A DNA stretch of 64,000 nt. It comes from Patescibacteria group bacterium. Lineage in GTDB: Bacteria; Patescibacteriota; Patescibacteriia; Patescibacteriales; JAQVLT01. Below are positions 11,374 to 19,622 of this stretch, one piece after another. The DNA lies in the NCBI GenBank assembly GCA_028704015.1, contig JAQVLT010000004.1, positions 6,052-70,051 of the forward strand. The letters run 5' to 3'. Position numbers and translations under genes: made by a program. Each line of letters opens with the position of its first letter. The first letter of the stretch is position 1. A model generated the notes under the pieces. That model was not told where the DNA came from, ran no database searches, and worked only from the letters and a program-made list of their open reading frames with translations.

Positions 11374-12813
11374 TTATTGATTAATCCCTATAACTGGTTG
11401 TCCTAAGGGGTAAAGATATAAAATTTTTGCCGACACAGTCACAATATTTTCCCATTTATAGCCAAGCTTTTCAAATAATTCTCCGGAAGTAAAAGCTCTC
11501 TTTTCACCGTTAGCGATCAAATAAACTCCGGGATCTATTGATGTTTTTAACAATTCGCCATTTTCAAAAAGTACCGGACTTGTCGTCTCATAACCGTCTA
11601 ATAATTTTGGATCAGTTGCTTTTATTTTTTTATTTTTAAACTTTGTAGTTAAAAATATTCGATCAATAATTGGCGCTTTTTTGTTTTCATAAACCCAATA
11701 CACCCCGCCGGTTTTTTTGTTCTGCATCAATTCTCCGGTAACGGCGGTTGAAGTAGCGGTAATAATCTGGCCGTCGGCGTATGATTTTAAATCATCAACA
11801 CCGCCTTCAATAACTTCTTCGGGATTAAAGCCGATTTTCTTAAAAGTTTTGGTGTCGGCGATTAATCTTTTTTTATCGTCCACAAGTAAATAAATTTTTT
11901 TATCCGGCGTTTTTACGAGAGAATATTGAGGAAACTTTATTGAATCGCCGGTTCCATAGTTGTCTAATATATCTTTGCTTACAACAATAACTTTTTTAAT
12001 ATCAAATCTTGAAGTAAGCGCGCCTTTTGAAGTGAACGGCCTCTTCATGCCGTTTTGAATCAGCCAGATTCCCGGCTCACCGGACGCTTGCAATAATGAT
12101 CCGTCAGGATAATCCACAAAACTGCCGAAATATTTTTTCCAAAGTTTATAAAAATTGTAATTTCCGTTAAATACGTGCGGAGTGTAATTGTACAGAGCCG
12201 CGGTTGCGCGGTTTACTGGCGTCACTAAAGCCCCGTTAGTTTTATTGACATCATTTAAACTATAAAAAGTATAGGTTTGCCCGGCTTTATAAGTATAAAG
12301 CTGAGGATTGTCGATGTAATCGCGAAATTGCAGAGAAGCGCTATTTACTTGTTTCCAAAATCCCTGCCAGCGCGCATTACAACCGCCACTGTCAGGGCAG
12401 CCATAACCGGTAGCCCAGTCCAACTTGCTTTGTTTAGGATTTTTATCTTCAATTAATCCTTGTTCTTTTTGCAGTAATACTATTAAAAATTTCGGGCTGA
12501 TTTGGTTTGTTGTAGCGCGATCATAAATGATTTCCGCCGCTGTCATTAACTTGCCGTCCGGGTTAGCACAGGAATAATTTGCCAAATATCCGCCTTTGTT
12601 ATTCAGAAAAATTTTGATCTGTTCCAAGCTCATGGACTGATAATTTAACACCTGATCATCGCTAATAATATAGCTGGGGTTAAAATCAGCATCTTCAACT
12701 TCGGTAGCTTCAGCGGGAAAAGCGCAAAAAAATAAACAAACAATCAGGGGCGGCAAAATAAATTTTTTTAAAAATAAATTCATCATAAAACAAAAAACGC
12801 AATAAATATTCAA
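11374..12813 (-). CDS. Secreted protein: putative lysozyme-like N-domain plus C-terminal repeats
   Basis: Signal peptide; LLQKEQGLI, ATGYGCPD, ALYNYTPH; four repeats of G.L.K....VY.I..G.KR. True start may be near 12786. Confidence 0.6.
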   Translation of the reverse strand: MNIYCVFCFMMNLFLKKFILPPLIVCLFFCAFPAEATEVEDADFNPSYIISDDQVLNYQSMSLEQIKIFLNNKGGYLANYSCANPDGKLMTAAEIIYDRATTNQISPKFLIVLLQKEQGLIEDKNPKQSKLDWATGYGCPDSGGCNARWQGFWKQVNSASLQFRDYIDNPQLYTYKAGQTYTFYSLNDVNKTNGALVTPVNRATAALYNYTPHVFNGNYNFYKLWKKYFGSFVDYPDGSLLQASGEPGIWLIQNGMKRPFTSKGALTSRFDIKKVIVVSKDILDNYGTGDSIKFPQYSLVKTPDKKIYLLVDDKKRLIADTKTFKKIGFNPEEVIEGGVDDLKSYADGQIITATSTAVTGELMQNKKTGGVYWVYENKKAPIIDRIFLTTKFKNKKIKATDPKLLDGYETTSPVLFENGELLKTSIDPGVYLIANGEKRAFTSGELFEKLGYKWENIVTVSAKILYLYPLGQPVIGINQ

Positions 12814-12926
12814 ATTATTGTTATATTTTTATTATAGTAAAATTTTAAATTTAAAGCAATGATTTTATTTGCAAATTTATTTAAAATTACATAGAATAGT
12901 ATTATCCTTATCATTTATCAAAATAT

Positions 12927-13271
12927 ATGAATTTATTAATAAAATTTTTAATCATGATTGCAGCAATATTAATTACCGCCTATCTATTGCCTGGCGTAGT
13001 TATTGGTGGAATTTGGTCGGCAATCTGGGTGGCAATAATTATTGGAATAATAAATGTAACCTTAAAACCATTACTTATTTTATTAACTTTGCCAGTGAAT
13101 ATTCTAACGCTCGGCTTATTTACATTTGTCATCAATGCCTTAATGATTTTGCTGGCATCAAGTATAATTAAGGGTTTTGAAGTTAGCGGTTTTTGGATCG
13201 CGATGTTATTTAGCATTGTTTTGTCATTAATCAGTTATTTGTTAAATAGTTTATTCAAAGCGTTTGAATAA
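12927..13271 (+). CDS. YvlD/phage holin family 4 membrane protein
   Basis: KPLLILLTLPVNILTLGLFTFVINA signature. Confidence 0.85.
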   Translation: MNLLIKFLIMIAAILITAYLLPGVVIGGIWSAIWVAIIIGIINVTLKPLLILLTLPVNILTLGLFTFVINALMILLASSIIKGFEVSGFWIAMLFSIVLSLISYLLNSLFKAFE

Positions 13272-13280
13272 TAACAATCG

Positions 13281-13342
13281 CGAAGTGTGATATAGCGGTA
13301 TTACGTCCCGCCGCGGCGGGATAATCCGGGTTCAGATTTGGG
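13281..13342 (+). pseudogene. Degenerate tRNA-Pro copy with the anticodon arm replaced by a GC palindrome
   Basis: 22/25 identity to the tRNA 5' part, then TCCCGCCGCGGCGGGA, then 13/13 identity to TAATCCGGGTTCA; the 3' acceptor strand is missing. Confidence 0.8.
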
Positions 13343-13385
13343 TTAAAAAAAATCAAATTACTTTTAATAACTAAAGTTGTTATAT

Positions 13386-13456
13386 CGGAGTGTGGTATAA
13401 CGGTATTACGCACGCTTCGGGTGCGTGTAATCCGGGTTCAATTCCCGGCACTCCGA
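13386..13456 (+). tRNA. tRNA-Pro(CGG)
   Basis: Acceptor stem CGGAGTG/CACTCCG, anticodon arm CACGC-TTCGGGT-GCGTG, T arm CCGGG-TTCAATT-CCCGG, A73; CCA not encoded. Confidence 0.93.
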
Positions 13457-13479
13457 CAAAATCAAAAAACTCTTACTCT

Positions 13480-14220
13480 ATGAAAAAATTATACCTGTTA
13501 ATTATTTTTATTATTATTTTAGGCGCCTATTTGTATTGCTCCTATGTTTTTATTTACAAAAAAATTGATTGGGCTGGCTTAAGATCGCCTGACAGCCAAA
13601 AAATTTATTTAATCAATAACAATATGCAATCCGGTAAAAATTTGATCTACGTTGCCCTGGGCGATAGTTTAACTGCCGGCGTAGGCGCGGATAAATACGA
13701 ACAATCTTTTACTTATTTATTAGCGCAAAAAATAGCCGGCGATAATCAGATAACTTTAAAAGATTACGGATTGCCAGGCGCTAAGACCGATGATTTGATA
13801 GAAAAACTTTTAAATTCAGCGATTACCGATCAGCCGGATATTCTGACACTATTGATTGGCGTTAATGATGTGCATTATCGGGTTGGCAAAGACGAATTCC
13901 AAAAAAATTACGATGAAATTTTGCGACAACTTACCGCGAAAACAAAAGCCAAAATTTATTTGATTAATATTCCTTACATCGGCGCCAATGATTTGATATT
14001 GCCGCCTTATGATTCTTATTTTGAGTCGCGCGCTCAAGAATTTAACGTCGTAATTAAGGAATTGGCGGAAAAATATCAACTTAAATATATTGATTTATAC
14101 ACCCCGACCGTAGACCAGTTCAAAAAAAACGGCCCGCATTATTCGGCCGATTCTTTTCACCCTTCCGCCGAAGGTTACGCTGTTTGGGCGCAAATAATTT
14201 ATGATCAAATCAATCAGTAA
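13480..14220 (+). CDS. Membrane-anchored SGNH/GDSL esterase
   Basis: ALGDSLTAG, IGVND, DSFHPS; start moved to ATG 13480 because the longer ORF overlaps the tRNA. Confidence 0.9.
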   Translation: MKKLYLLIIFIIILGAYLYCSYVFIYKKIDWAGLRSPDSQKIYLINNNMQSGKNLIYVALGDSLTAGVGADKYEQSFTYLLAQKIAGDNQITLKDYGLPGAKTDDLIEKLLNSAITDQPDILTLLIGVNDVHYRVGKDEFQKNYDEILRQLTAKTKAKIYLINIPYIGANDLILPPYDSYFESRAQEFNVVIKELAEKYQLKYIDLYTPTVDQFKKNGPHYSADSFHPSAEGYAVWAQIIYDQINQ

Positions 14221-15346
14221 TCCCATTGAAGCCACTTGGATTTTTTCCATTATTTTAATTATCGCGTTGCTGGCCACCGCGCGCCGCAAGAAAGACAACG
14301 ATTTTTTTTCTCTCGCACTCACGCAAGAGTTGAAGGGGTTGGCGATTTTAGCCGTGGTCTTTTCGCATTTCGGTTATTTTTTGACAAGCGATAATCATTT
14401 TTTATTTCCGCTATCCACCTTGGCGGGCGTGGGCGTTAATCTGTTTTTGCTTCTTTCCGGGCTCGGGTTGGTTACCAGCGCCCTGAAAAAACCGTTGCCC
14501 ATTTTCCAATTTTATAAAAAACGTTTGTTGAAATTGTTCGCGCCGCTTTGGATCACGCTAATTGTTTTCTTAACTTTGGATTATTTTGTTTTGCATTTGA
14601 CTTATTCTTGGCCGGTAGTTCTTCAGGCATTTTTGGGCATCTTTCGCCACGCGAACCTCTATACCGATATCAATTCGCCGCTTTGGTATTTCACTTTGAT
14701 TTTATTTTATTATTTGATTTTTCCTTTGGTTTTTTCAAAAAAATACCCTTGGCTCTCGGCTTTGATTATTTATTTTGTTCCGTATTTTATCTTACGGGAA
14801 AATCCGGGCTGGCTGATTAATGTTTTGGGAATGTATCAGGTGCATCTCATGGCTTTTCCGTTGGGAATGATTTTTGGCTGGTTATTTTATAATCCCGGCT
14901 GCTTGGCGCGATTGCCATGGTTTAAAGTAATCGCCGAAAAACTCAAATGCCAAAATAAATTTGCCAAGCTGGTAAAAAATATTAAACCCGCCAGTTATTA
15001 TTTTCTAATGATTTCTTTGATCGTTTTTATTATGCACTTTGTTTGTTATTCCGGAGTGGGTGAGGGGCTCGACAAGGAACAATGGATTAGTATAATTACA
15101 GTCCTGGCGATTATGTTTTTGTTCATCATAAAAAAAATTGAATTTAAATTGTTTTATTGGTTTGGCGTGTACTCTTATGAAATTTATTTAATTCATTGGC
15201 CGCTGGCTTATCGTTATGATGTATTTTATAAATACTTGCCGGCTTGGCTCGCGACTGTTTTTTGTCTGGCGTTTGTTTGGTTTTTAAGCAAAGGGCTGAA
15301 TAAATTGTCAAAAATAATTTTAAGTAAAACTGTTAAACTAAATTAA
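14201..15346 (+). CDS. Acyltransferase-3 (AT3) family membrane O-acyltransferase
   Basis: LKGLAILAVVFSH, GVNLFLLLSG, FYKKR, SYEIYLIHWP. Confidence 0.88.
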   Translation: MIKSISNPIEATWIFSIILIIALLATARRKKDNDFFSLALTQELKGLAILAVVFSHFGYFLTSDNHFLFPLSTLAGVGVNLFLLLSGLGLVTSALKKPLPIFQFYKKRLLKLFAPLWITLIVFLTLDYFVLHLTYSWPVVLQAFLGIFRHANLYTDINSPLWYFTLILFYYLIFPLVFSKKYPWLSALIIYFVPYFILRENPGWLINVLGMYQVHLMAFPLGMIFGWLFYNPGCLARLPWFKVIAEKLKCQNKFAKLVKNIKPASYYFLMISLIVFIMHFVCYSGVGEGLDKEQWISIITVLAIMFLFIIKKIEFKLFYWFGVYSYEIYLIHWPLAYRYDVFYKYLPAWLATVFCLAFVWFLSKGLNKLSKIILSKTVKLN

Positions 15347-15351
15347 AATTT

Positions 15352-16362
15352 ATGAATCTTGGCAATCTAAATGTAATCTTAAAATCGTTTCCGTCTTTTC
15401 GCTTTAAACAAGCTGAAGAGGCGATTTACAAAAATCTAATCTCTAATTGGAATGAATCAAATTTACCGAAAGAACTGAAAGAATTATTAAGCAAAGAATG
15501 TCCGCTGGAAATTAAAGCTGAATTGCTAAAATCTAAAGACGGAAAAACTTACAAAGCTTTAATTAATTTGGAAGATGAAAACGCTATTGAGACAGTCCTG
15601 ATGCGCCATAAAGATGACCGAAATACCGTCTGTGTTTCCTCGCAAGTCGGCTGCGCGCTGGGCTGTGATTTCTGCGCCACTGGAAAATCAGGTTTTAAAA
15701 GAAATTTGACCAGCGGAGAAATTATTGAGCAGGTTTTATTTTTTGCTCGTTTCTTAAAAAAAGAAGGCCAAGCAATTACTAATGTAGTATTTATGGGAAT
15801 GGGGGAGCCATTATTAAATTACGACGAGGTGATAAGAGCGATTAAAATTATCAATGACAAAAATAAATTTAATATCGGCGCGAGAAAAATTTCCGTTTCC
15901 ACTGTCGGAATTATTGAAGGCATAAAAAAATTAACCAAAGAACCTCTGCAAATAAATTTAGCGCTTTCTCTACACGCGCCCGACGATAAACTAAGGAATG
16001 AACTCATGCCGATAAACAATAAATATCCGCTAAAAAAAATACTGAGTACGATAAAAGAATATATCGCGAGAACTAACCGCAAAGTAATGATAGAATATTT
16101 GATGCTTGAAAATATCAATGACTATCCCGAGCAAGCCGTTCAATTAGCGGAGTTATTGAACAATAATTTAGAAAGTTTGTACTTCGTAAATTTAATTTCC
16201 TATAACCCAACGGGAATATATAAACCGTCACGCTCCGAAAGAATTGAAAAATTTAAAGAAAATCTGGAAAAATGCGGAGTAGACGCCATTCAAAGATATC
16301 GTTACGGCGTTGATATTAAAGGCGCTTGCGGACAGTTGGCGGGAAAAAGACGCACGAAATAA
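15352..16362 (+). CDS. rlmN: Dual-specificity RNA methyltransferase RlmN
   Basis: CVSSQVGCALGCDFCATG, FMGMGEP, GACGQL. Confidence 0.93.
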   Translation: MNLGNLNVILKSFPSFRFKQAEEAIYKNLISNWNESNLPKELKELLSKECPLEIKAELLKSKDGKTYKALINLEDENAIETVLMRHKDDRNTVCVSSQVGCALGCDFCATGKSGFKRNLTSGEIIEQVLFFARFLKKEGQAITNVVFMGMGEPLLNYDEVIRAIKIINDKNKFNIGARKISVSTVGIIEGIKKLTKEPLQINLALSLHAPDDKLRNELMPINNKYPLKKILSTIKEYIARTNRKVMIEYLMLENINDYPEQAVQLAELLNNNLESLYFVNLISYNPTGIYKPSRSERIEKFKENLEKCGVDAIQRYRYGVDIKGACGQLAGKRRTK

Positions 16363-16364
16363 TT

Positions 16365-17069
16365 ATGATTATAAAAAATAAAAAAATAATTCACGGAATT
16401 TCTCTCAGAAAAAACGGCTCAATGAAATTTCTCGGCAACATTCAAGATGAATTAATTAAAAATAACAGAAAAAAATTCTTTGCCAAAATTAATATCAAAG
16501 AAAATAATATTATTTCCGCCGGCCTGTCGCACCAAGATAATATAAAAATAATTTCGCAAAAAGACAAAGGAAAAATAATCAAGAATTGCGACGGACTCGT
16601 CACTATTGAAAAAAATTTAATTTTAACCGTAACAGTTGCCGATTGCCTGCCAATTTTTATTTATGATCGCGAGAAAAAGATTGCGGGAATTATTCATGCC
16701 AGCTGGCGCAATTTGCGTTTGAATATTTTATCCCAGGCCGTTGAGCTATTAAAAAATAAATACAAAATCAATCCAAAAAATTTGTTAGTTCATATTGGTC
16801 CGTATATTAGTAAATGCCATTTTGAGGTAAAAAACGACGTCGCAAATAAATTTAAAAAATATAAAAATGCGATAATTATAAAAGATAAAAAAATATTTAT
16901 TGATTTGGCGGAAATTGCCAGAGGGCAATTAATAAGAGGGGATATAATAAAGAAAAATATAAAAATCAGCAAAGAATGTACGTATCACCAAAAAAATAAA
17001 TATTTTTCGCATCGTCGTGAAAAAACCAAAGATATTAAAGCAATGATCGCGTATATCGGCTTAAAATAA
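16365..17069 (+). CDS. YfiH/PgeF purine nucleoside phosphorylase (laccase-domain protein)
   Basis: DGLVT, TVADCLPI, HASWR, GPYIS, YFSHRR; start at ATG 16365. Confidence 0.88.
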   Translation: MIIKNKKIIHGISLRKNGSMKFLGNIQDELIKNNRKKFFAKINIKENNIISAGLSHQDNIKIISQKDKGKIIKNCDGLVTIEKNLILTVTVADCLPIFIYDREKKIAGIIHASWRNLRLNILSQAVELLKNKYKINPKNLLVHIGPYISKCHFEVKNDVANKFKKYKNAIIIKDKKIFIDLAEIARGQLIRGDIIKKNIKISKECTYHQKNKYFSHRREKTKDIKAMIAYIGLK

Positions 17070-17092
17070 TTGTAATATAATAAATTTAAATT

Positions 17093-17677
17093 ATGAATTT
17101 TGCCCATTGGTTAGTTATATTAAGCGTATTTGTAAGCGCTAGCGGTTCCTACGCGTATATTCGTGATACGTTAAGCGGAAAAACAAAACCAAATCGCGTG
17201 TCTTGGTTAATGTGGTCATTGGCGCCGCTTATTGGAACTTTAGCTGCTTTATCAATAAAAGCTGATTTTTGGGCAACTTCTCGTATTTTTTTGGCAGGAT
17301 TTTTCCCCCTGCTAGTTTTTATATTTTCTTTTGTAAACCCAAAAAGTTATTGGAAATTAACCATATTTGATGTTATCTGCGGTATTTGTTCTGTAGTCGC
17401 TTTAATTGCTTGGTGGTTAATAAATTCACCACAAATAGCAATACTTATGTCTGCGATTGGAGATGGTTTTGCTGCTCTGCCCACTATTAGAAAAGCTTGG
17501 AAATTTCCCGAGAGTGAAACTGGAATAACTTATGCCGCCGCATTAATAAGTGTCATACTAGTCCTGCCTTCCATCCCTGTTTGGGATATTAAAAATTCTG
17601 CTTTCCAAATTTATCTTTTACTAGCCAATTCAATTTTATTGTTTGCCGTGTATCGAAAAAAAATATTTTCATTATAA
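17093..17677 (+). CDS. Conserved membrane protein (PQ-loop/SWEET-like)
   Basis: TKPNRVSW and PTIRKAWKFPESE; about 7 TM helices. Confidence 0.6.
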   Translation: MNFAHWLVILSVFVSASGSYAYIRDTLSGKTKPNRVSWLMWSLAPLIGTLAALSIKADFWATSRIFLAGFFPLLVFIFSFVNPKSYWKLTIFDVICGICSVVALIAWWLINSPQIAILMSAIGDGFAALPTIRKAWKFPESETGITYAAALISVILVLPSIPVWDIKNSAFQIYLLLANSILLFAVYRKKIFSL

Positions 17678-17681
17678 AAAC

Positions 17682-17948
17682 ATGTTAAAAAAAATTATCA
17701 AAACATTTCAAGATAAAAAAGAAGTTTATTTGCGCGTAAAAATTCATCCCAACTCTTCCCAAAATAAAATTACGGAAATAATGTCTGATGAAACCGTTAA
17801 AATCAATATCGCCGCGCAGCCGGTCAAAGGAAAGGCAAATCAGGAATTGATAAAATTTCTGGCGCAAGAATTTGGCGTGACAAAAAATAATATCAAAATT
17901 ATCAGCGGAGCGGGGGAGAGAGTAAAATTGGTAAAAATTATTGGATAA
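17682..17948 (+). CDS. DUF167/YggU protein
   Basis: AQPVKGKANQELIKFLA...IISG; start at ATG 17682. Confidence 0.88.
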   Translation: MLKKIIKTFQDKKEVYLRVKIHPNSSQNKITEIMSDETVKINIAAQPVKGKANQELIKFLAQEFGVTKNNIKIISGAGERVKLVKIIG

Positions 17949-17956
17949 TTTTATTT

Positions 17957-17999
17957 TGTCATCTCAACGATCCCGCCCGCGGCGGGACTCGGAATGACA
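17957..17999. repeat. Collapsed TGTC...GACA REP-like element with an internal CCCGCC hairpin
   Basis: TGTCATCTCAACGA-TCCCGCC-CGC-GGCGGGA-CTCGGAATGACA. Confidence 0.7.
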
Positions 18000-18009
18000 A
18001 AAATGATGT

Positions 18010-18669
18010 ATGGAAACCAATTCTAAAAAAATTCCCAATCATATCGGCATAATCATCGGCGGCCAAGAAGAATGGGCGCGTGAACGCAATCTGCCGAAAG
18101 AAGACGGCTATGCCAAGTCTTTTGAAAAAATTTGGCGCGCGCCAAGTTGGTTTTTTAATAATGGCGTAAAAATTATTTCGGTTTTGATTTTATCCGCCAG
18201 CGATTGGGAAAAAGATCAGGAAAAATTAAATAATTTGCTCAAACAACTAAAAATTTCTCTGGAAAACCAGTTGAAAGAAGATTTTCATTTCAAAATAAAT
18301 ATTTATGGCGCGACCAATGAGCTTCCCGGTGATCTACCAGATCTTTGCGCGGAAATTATTGATAAAACAAAAAACAATTCCGAGGGGGCACTAAACCTTT
18401 TTATAAATTACAGCGGCCGAGGAGAAATAATAGGCGCGGTGCAAAAAATGATAAACAATAATATACAAGTTGAACAAACTCACGAGGGAATTTTAAGAAA
18501 ATATTTATTAAGCAGCGAGGCGCCTGACCTTGATTTGATTTTATTAACCGGCGGCATTAAAAATTTACCAGACTTTTTGCCTTGGCAATCTATCAATAGC
18601 CGGATAATTTTGTCCAACAAATATTGGCCGGACATTGAAGAGAAAGATGCGGAAAATATTTTAAAATAA
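18010..18669 (+). CDS. cis-prenyltransferase (UppS)-like protein lacking catalytic residues
   Basis: PNHIGII, NYSGRGEI, PDLDLI, FLPWQ and WPD retained; DGNxR and the Arg motifs are absent. Confidence 0.8.
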   Translation: METNSKKIPNHIGIIIGGQEEWARERNLPKEDGYAKSFEKIWRAPSWFFNNGVKIISVLILSASDWEKDQEKLNNLLKQLKISLENQLKEDFHFKINIYGATNELPGDLPDLCAEIIDKTKNNSEGALNLFINYSGRGEIIGAVQKMINNNIQVEQTHEGILRKYLLSSEAPDLDLILLTGGIKNLPDFLPWQSINSRIILSNKYWPDIEEKDAENILK

Positions 18670-18797
18670 CTAAAATTATTTTACTTTTTGAAATATTGAC
18701 ATTGTGTTAACATGGTGGTATTATATTTCATAAACTTTTACGTTCATTTAATATCACCAACACTAATCACGTCACAAACAAGGAAAAGGAGGGGGCT

Positions 18798-19466
18798 ATG
18801 CCAAGTTGGATTCTCGGACTAAACCAGACAAACTTTATCGACCCGGATCTTCTTGGCGAAGAAGAGGTTGATAAGGGGTATGCTCCACTGTCAGGGAAAT
18901 GGATCGCCGGCGAAGAAGAACGATGCTACTTGCCCGAGCCTGACGGAGACGAAGAACCCGATGACGTTGTCGTCAAAGCAAATCCCGTACCGCCTTTAGC
19001 TACGGGCTGGGAAGAGCTGGTGACCGCCGGTGGTCTCATGCTTACGGATTATTTGGCGCTGGCAGGCGACAAAGATCCGATATTCGGCGTTGTGCTGCTC
19101 ACGGCAAGTACGATCATCAGAGACAGGGGCTGTTCTGCGGGAGGCACTCTTGGCAAAAGCAAGGTTACCACCCGTCGAATAAAGATGCAGGCGCATCGTT
19201 GCAACGGCAGAAAGCCTTGGTTTGAAACAAGGAAAAGAAAAAAACTGCCGATTTCGTTCACCACCGGTCATCTCCTGCCAAACTTCGCTGCCTATGATGT
19301 TTTGGCGGTAACCATCGCCCAGCTGATGGTAATCACTGGGCGCGCCAAGCCGACAAATGACCCCCCCGAGGAGGAAAAACCCGAGTTCGCCATCGCGCCC
19401 GAAGACATCTATGAGATGATGAGCGGACAGAAGCAGCTCTGGCCACAAATTTCACGGGCAATGTGA
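18798..19466 (+). CDS. Orphan protein, GC-richer than the flanks
   Basis: 222-aa ORF with TTGACA-17-TATTAT promoter (18696-18724), GGGAGGGG RBS and its own terminator. Confidence 0.65.
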   Translation: MPSWILGLNQTNFIDPDLLGEEEVDKGYAPLSGKWIAGEEERCYLPEPDGDEEPDDVVVKANPVPPLATGWEELVTAGGLMLTDYLALAGDKDPIFGVVLLTASTIIRDRGCSAGGTLGKSKVTTRRIKMQAHRCNGRKPWFETRKRKKLPISFTTGHLLPNFAAYDVLAVTIAQLMVITGRAKPTNDPPEEEKPEFAIAPEDIYEMMSGQKQLWPQISRAM

Positions 19467-19480
19467 GTTATTTTTCTTCC

Positions 19481-19514
19481 GAGGAGGACGAGGTAATCGT
19501 CCTCCTCATTTTTT
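19481..19514 (+). terminator. Intrinsic terminator of the orphan gene
   Basis: GAGGAGGACGA-GGTAA-TCGTCCTCCTC followed by a T tract. Confidence 0.7.
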
Positions 19515-19553
19515 ATCATTTTAAAAGAGTGATTTTTTTTTATTTTTAAATTT

Positions 19554-19591
19554 AAGACGCCCGATGTCTTGCGGGAGACATCGGGCGTCTT
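19554..19591. repeat. REP-like long hairpin, possible clpB terminator
   Basis: AAGACGCCCGATGTCT-TGCGGG-AGACATCGGGCGTCTT. Confidence 0.7.
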
Positions 19592-19622
19592 TTTATAGTG
19601 TTAATTTTTGGAAGCAATAACA

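Noticed and set aside
12927-13456. Prophage or island integrated at tRNA-Pro
   Set aside because: The holin-family gene is the common YvlD type and no phage genes are nearby. The duplicated part is the tRNA 5' portion about 100 bp upstream, not a distal 3' att repeat.
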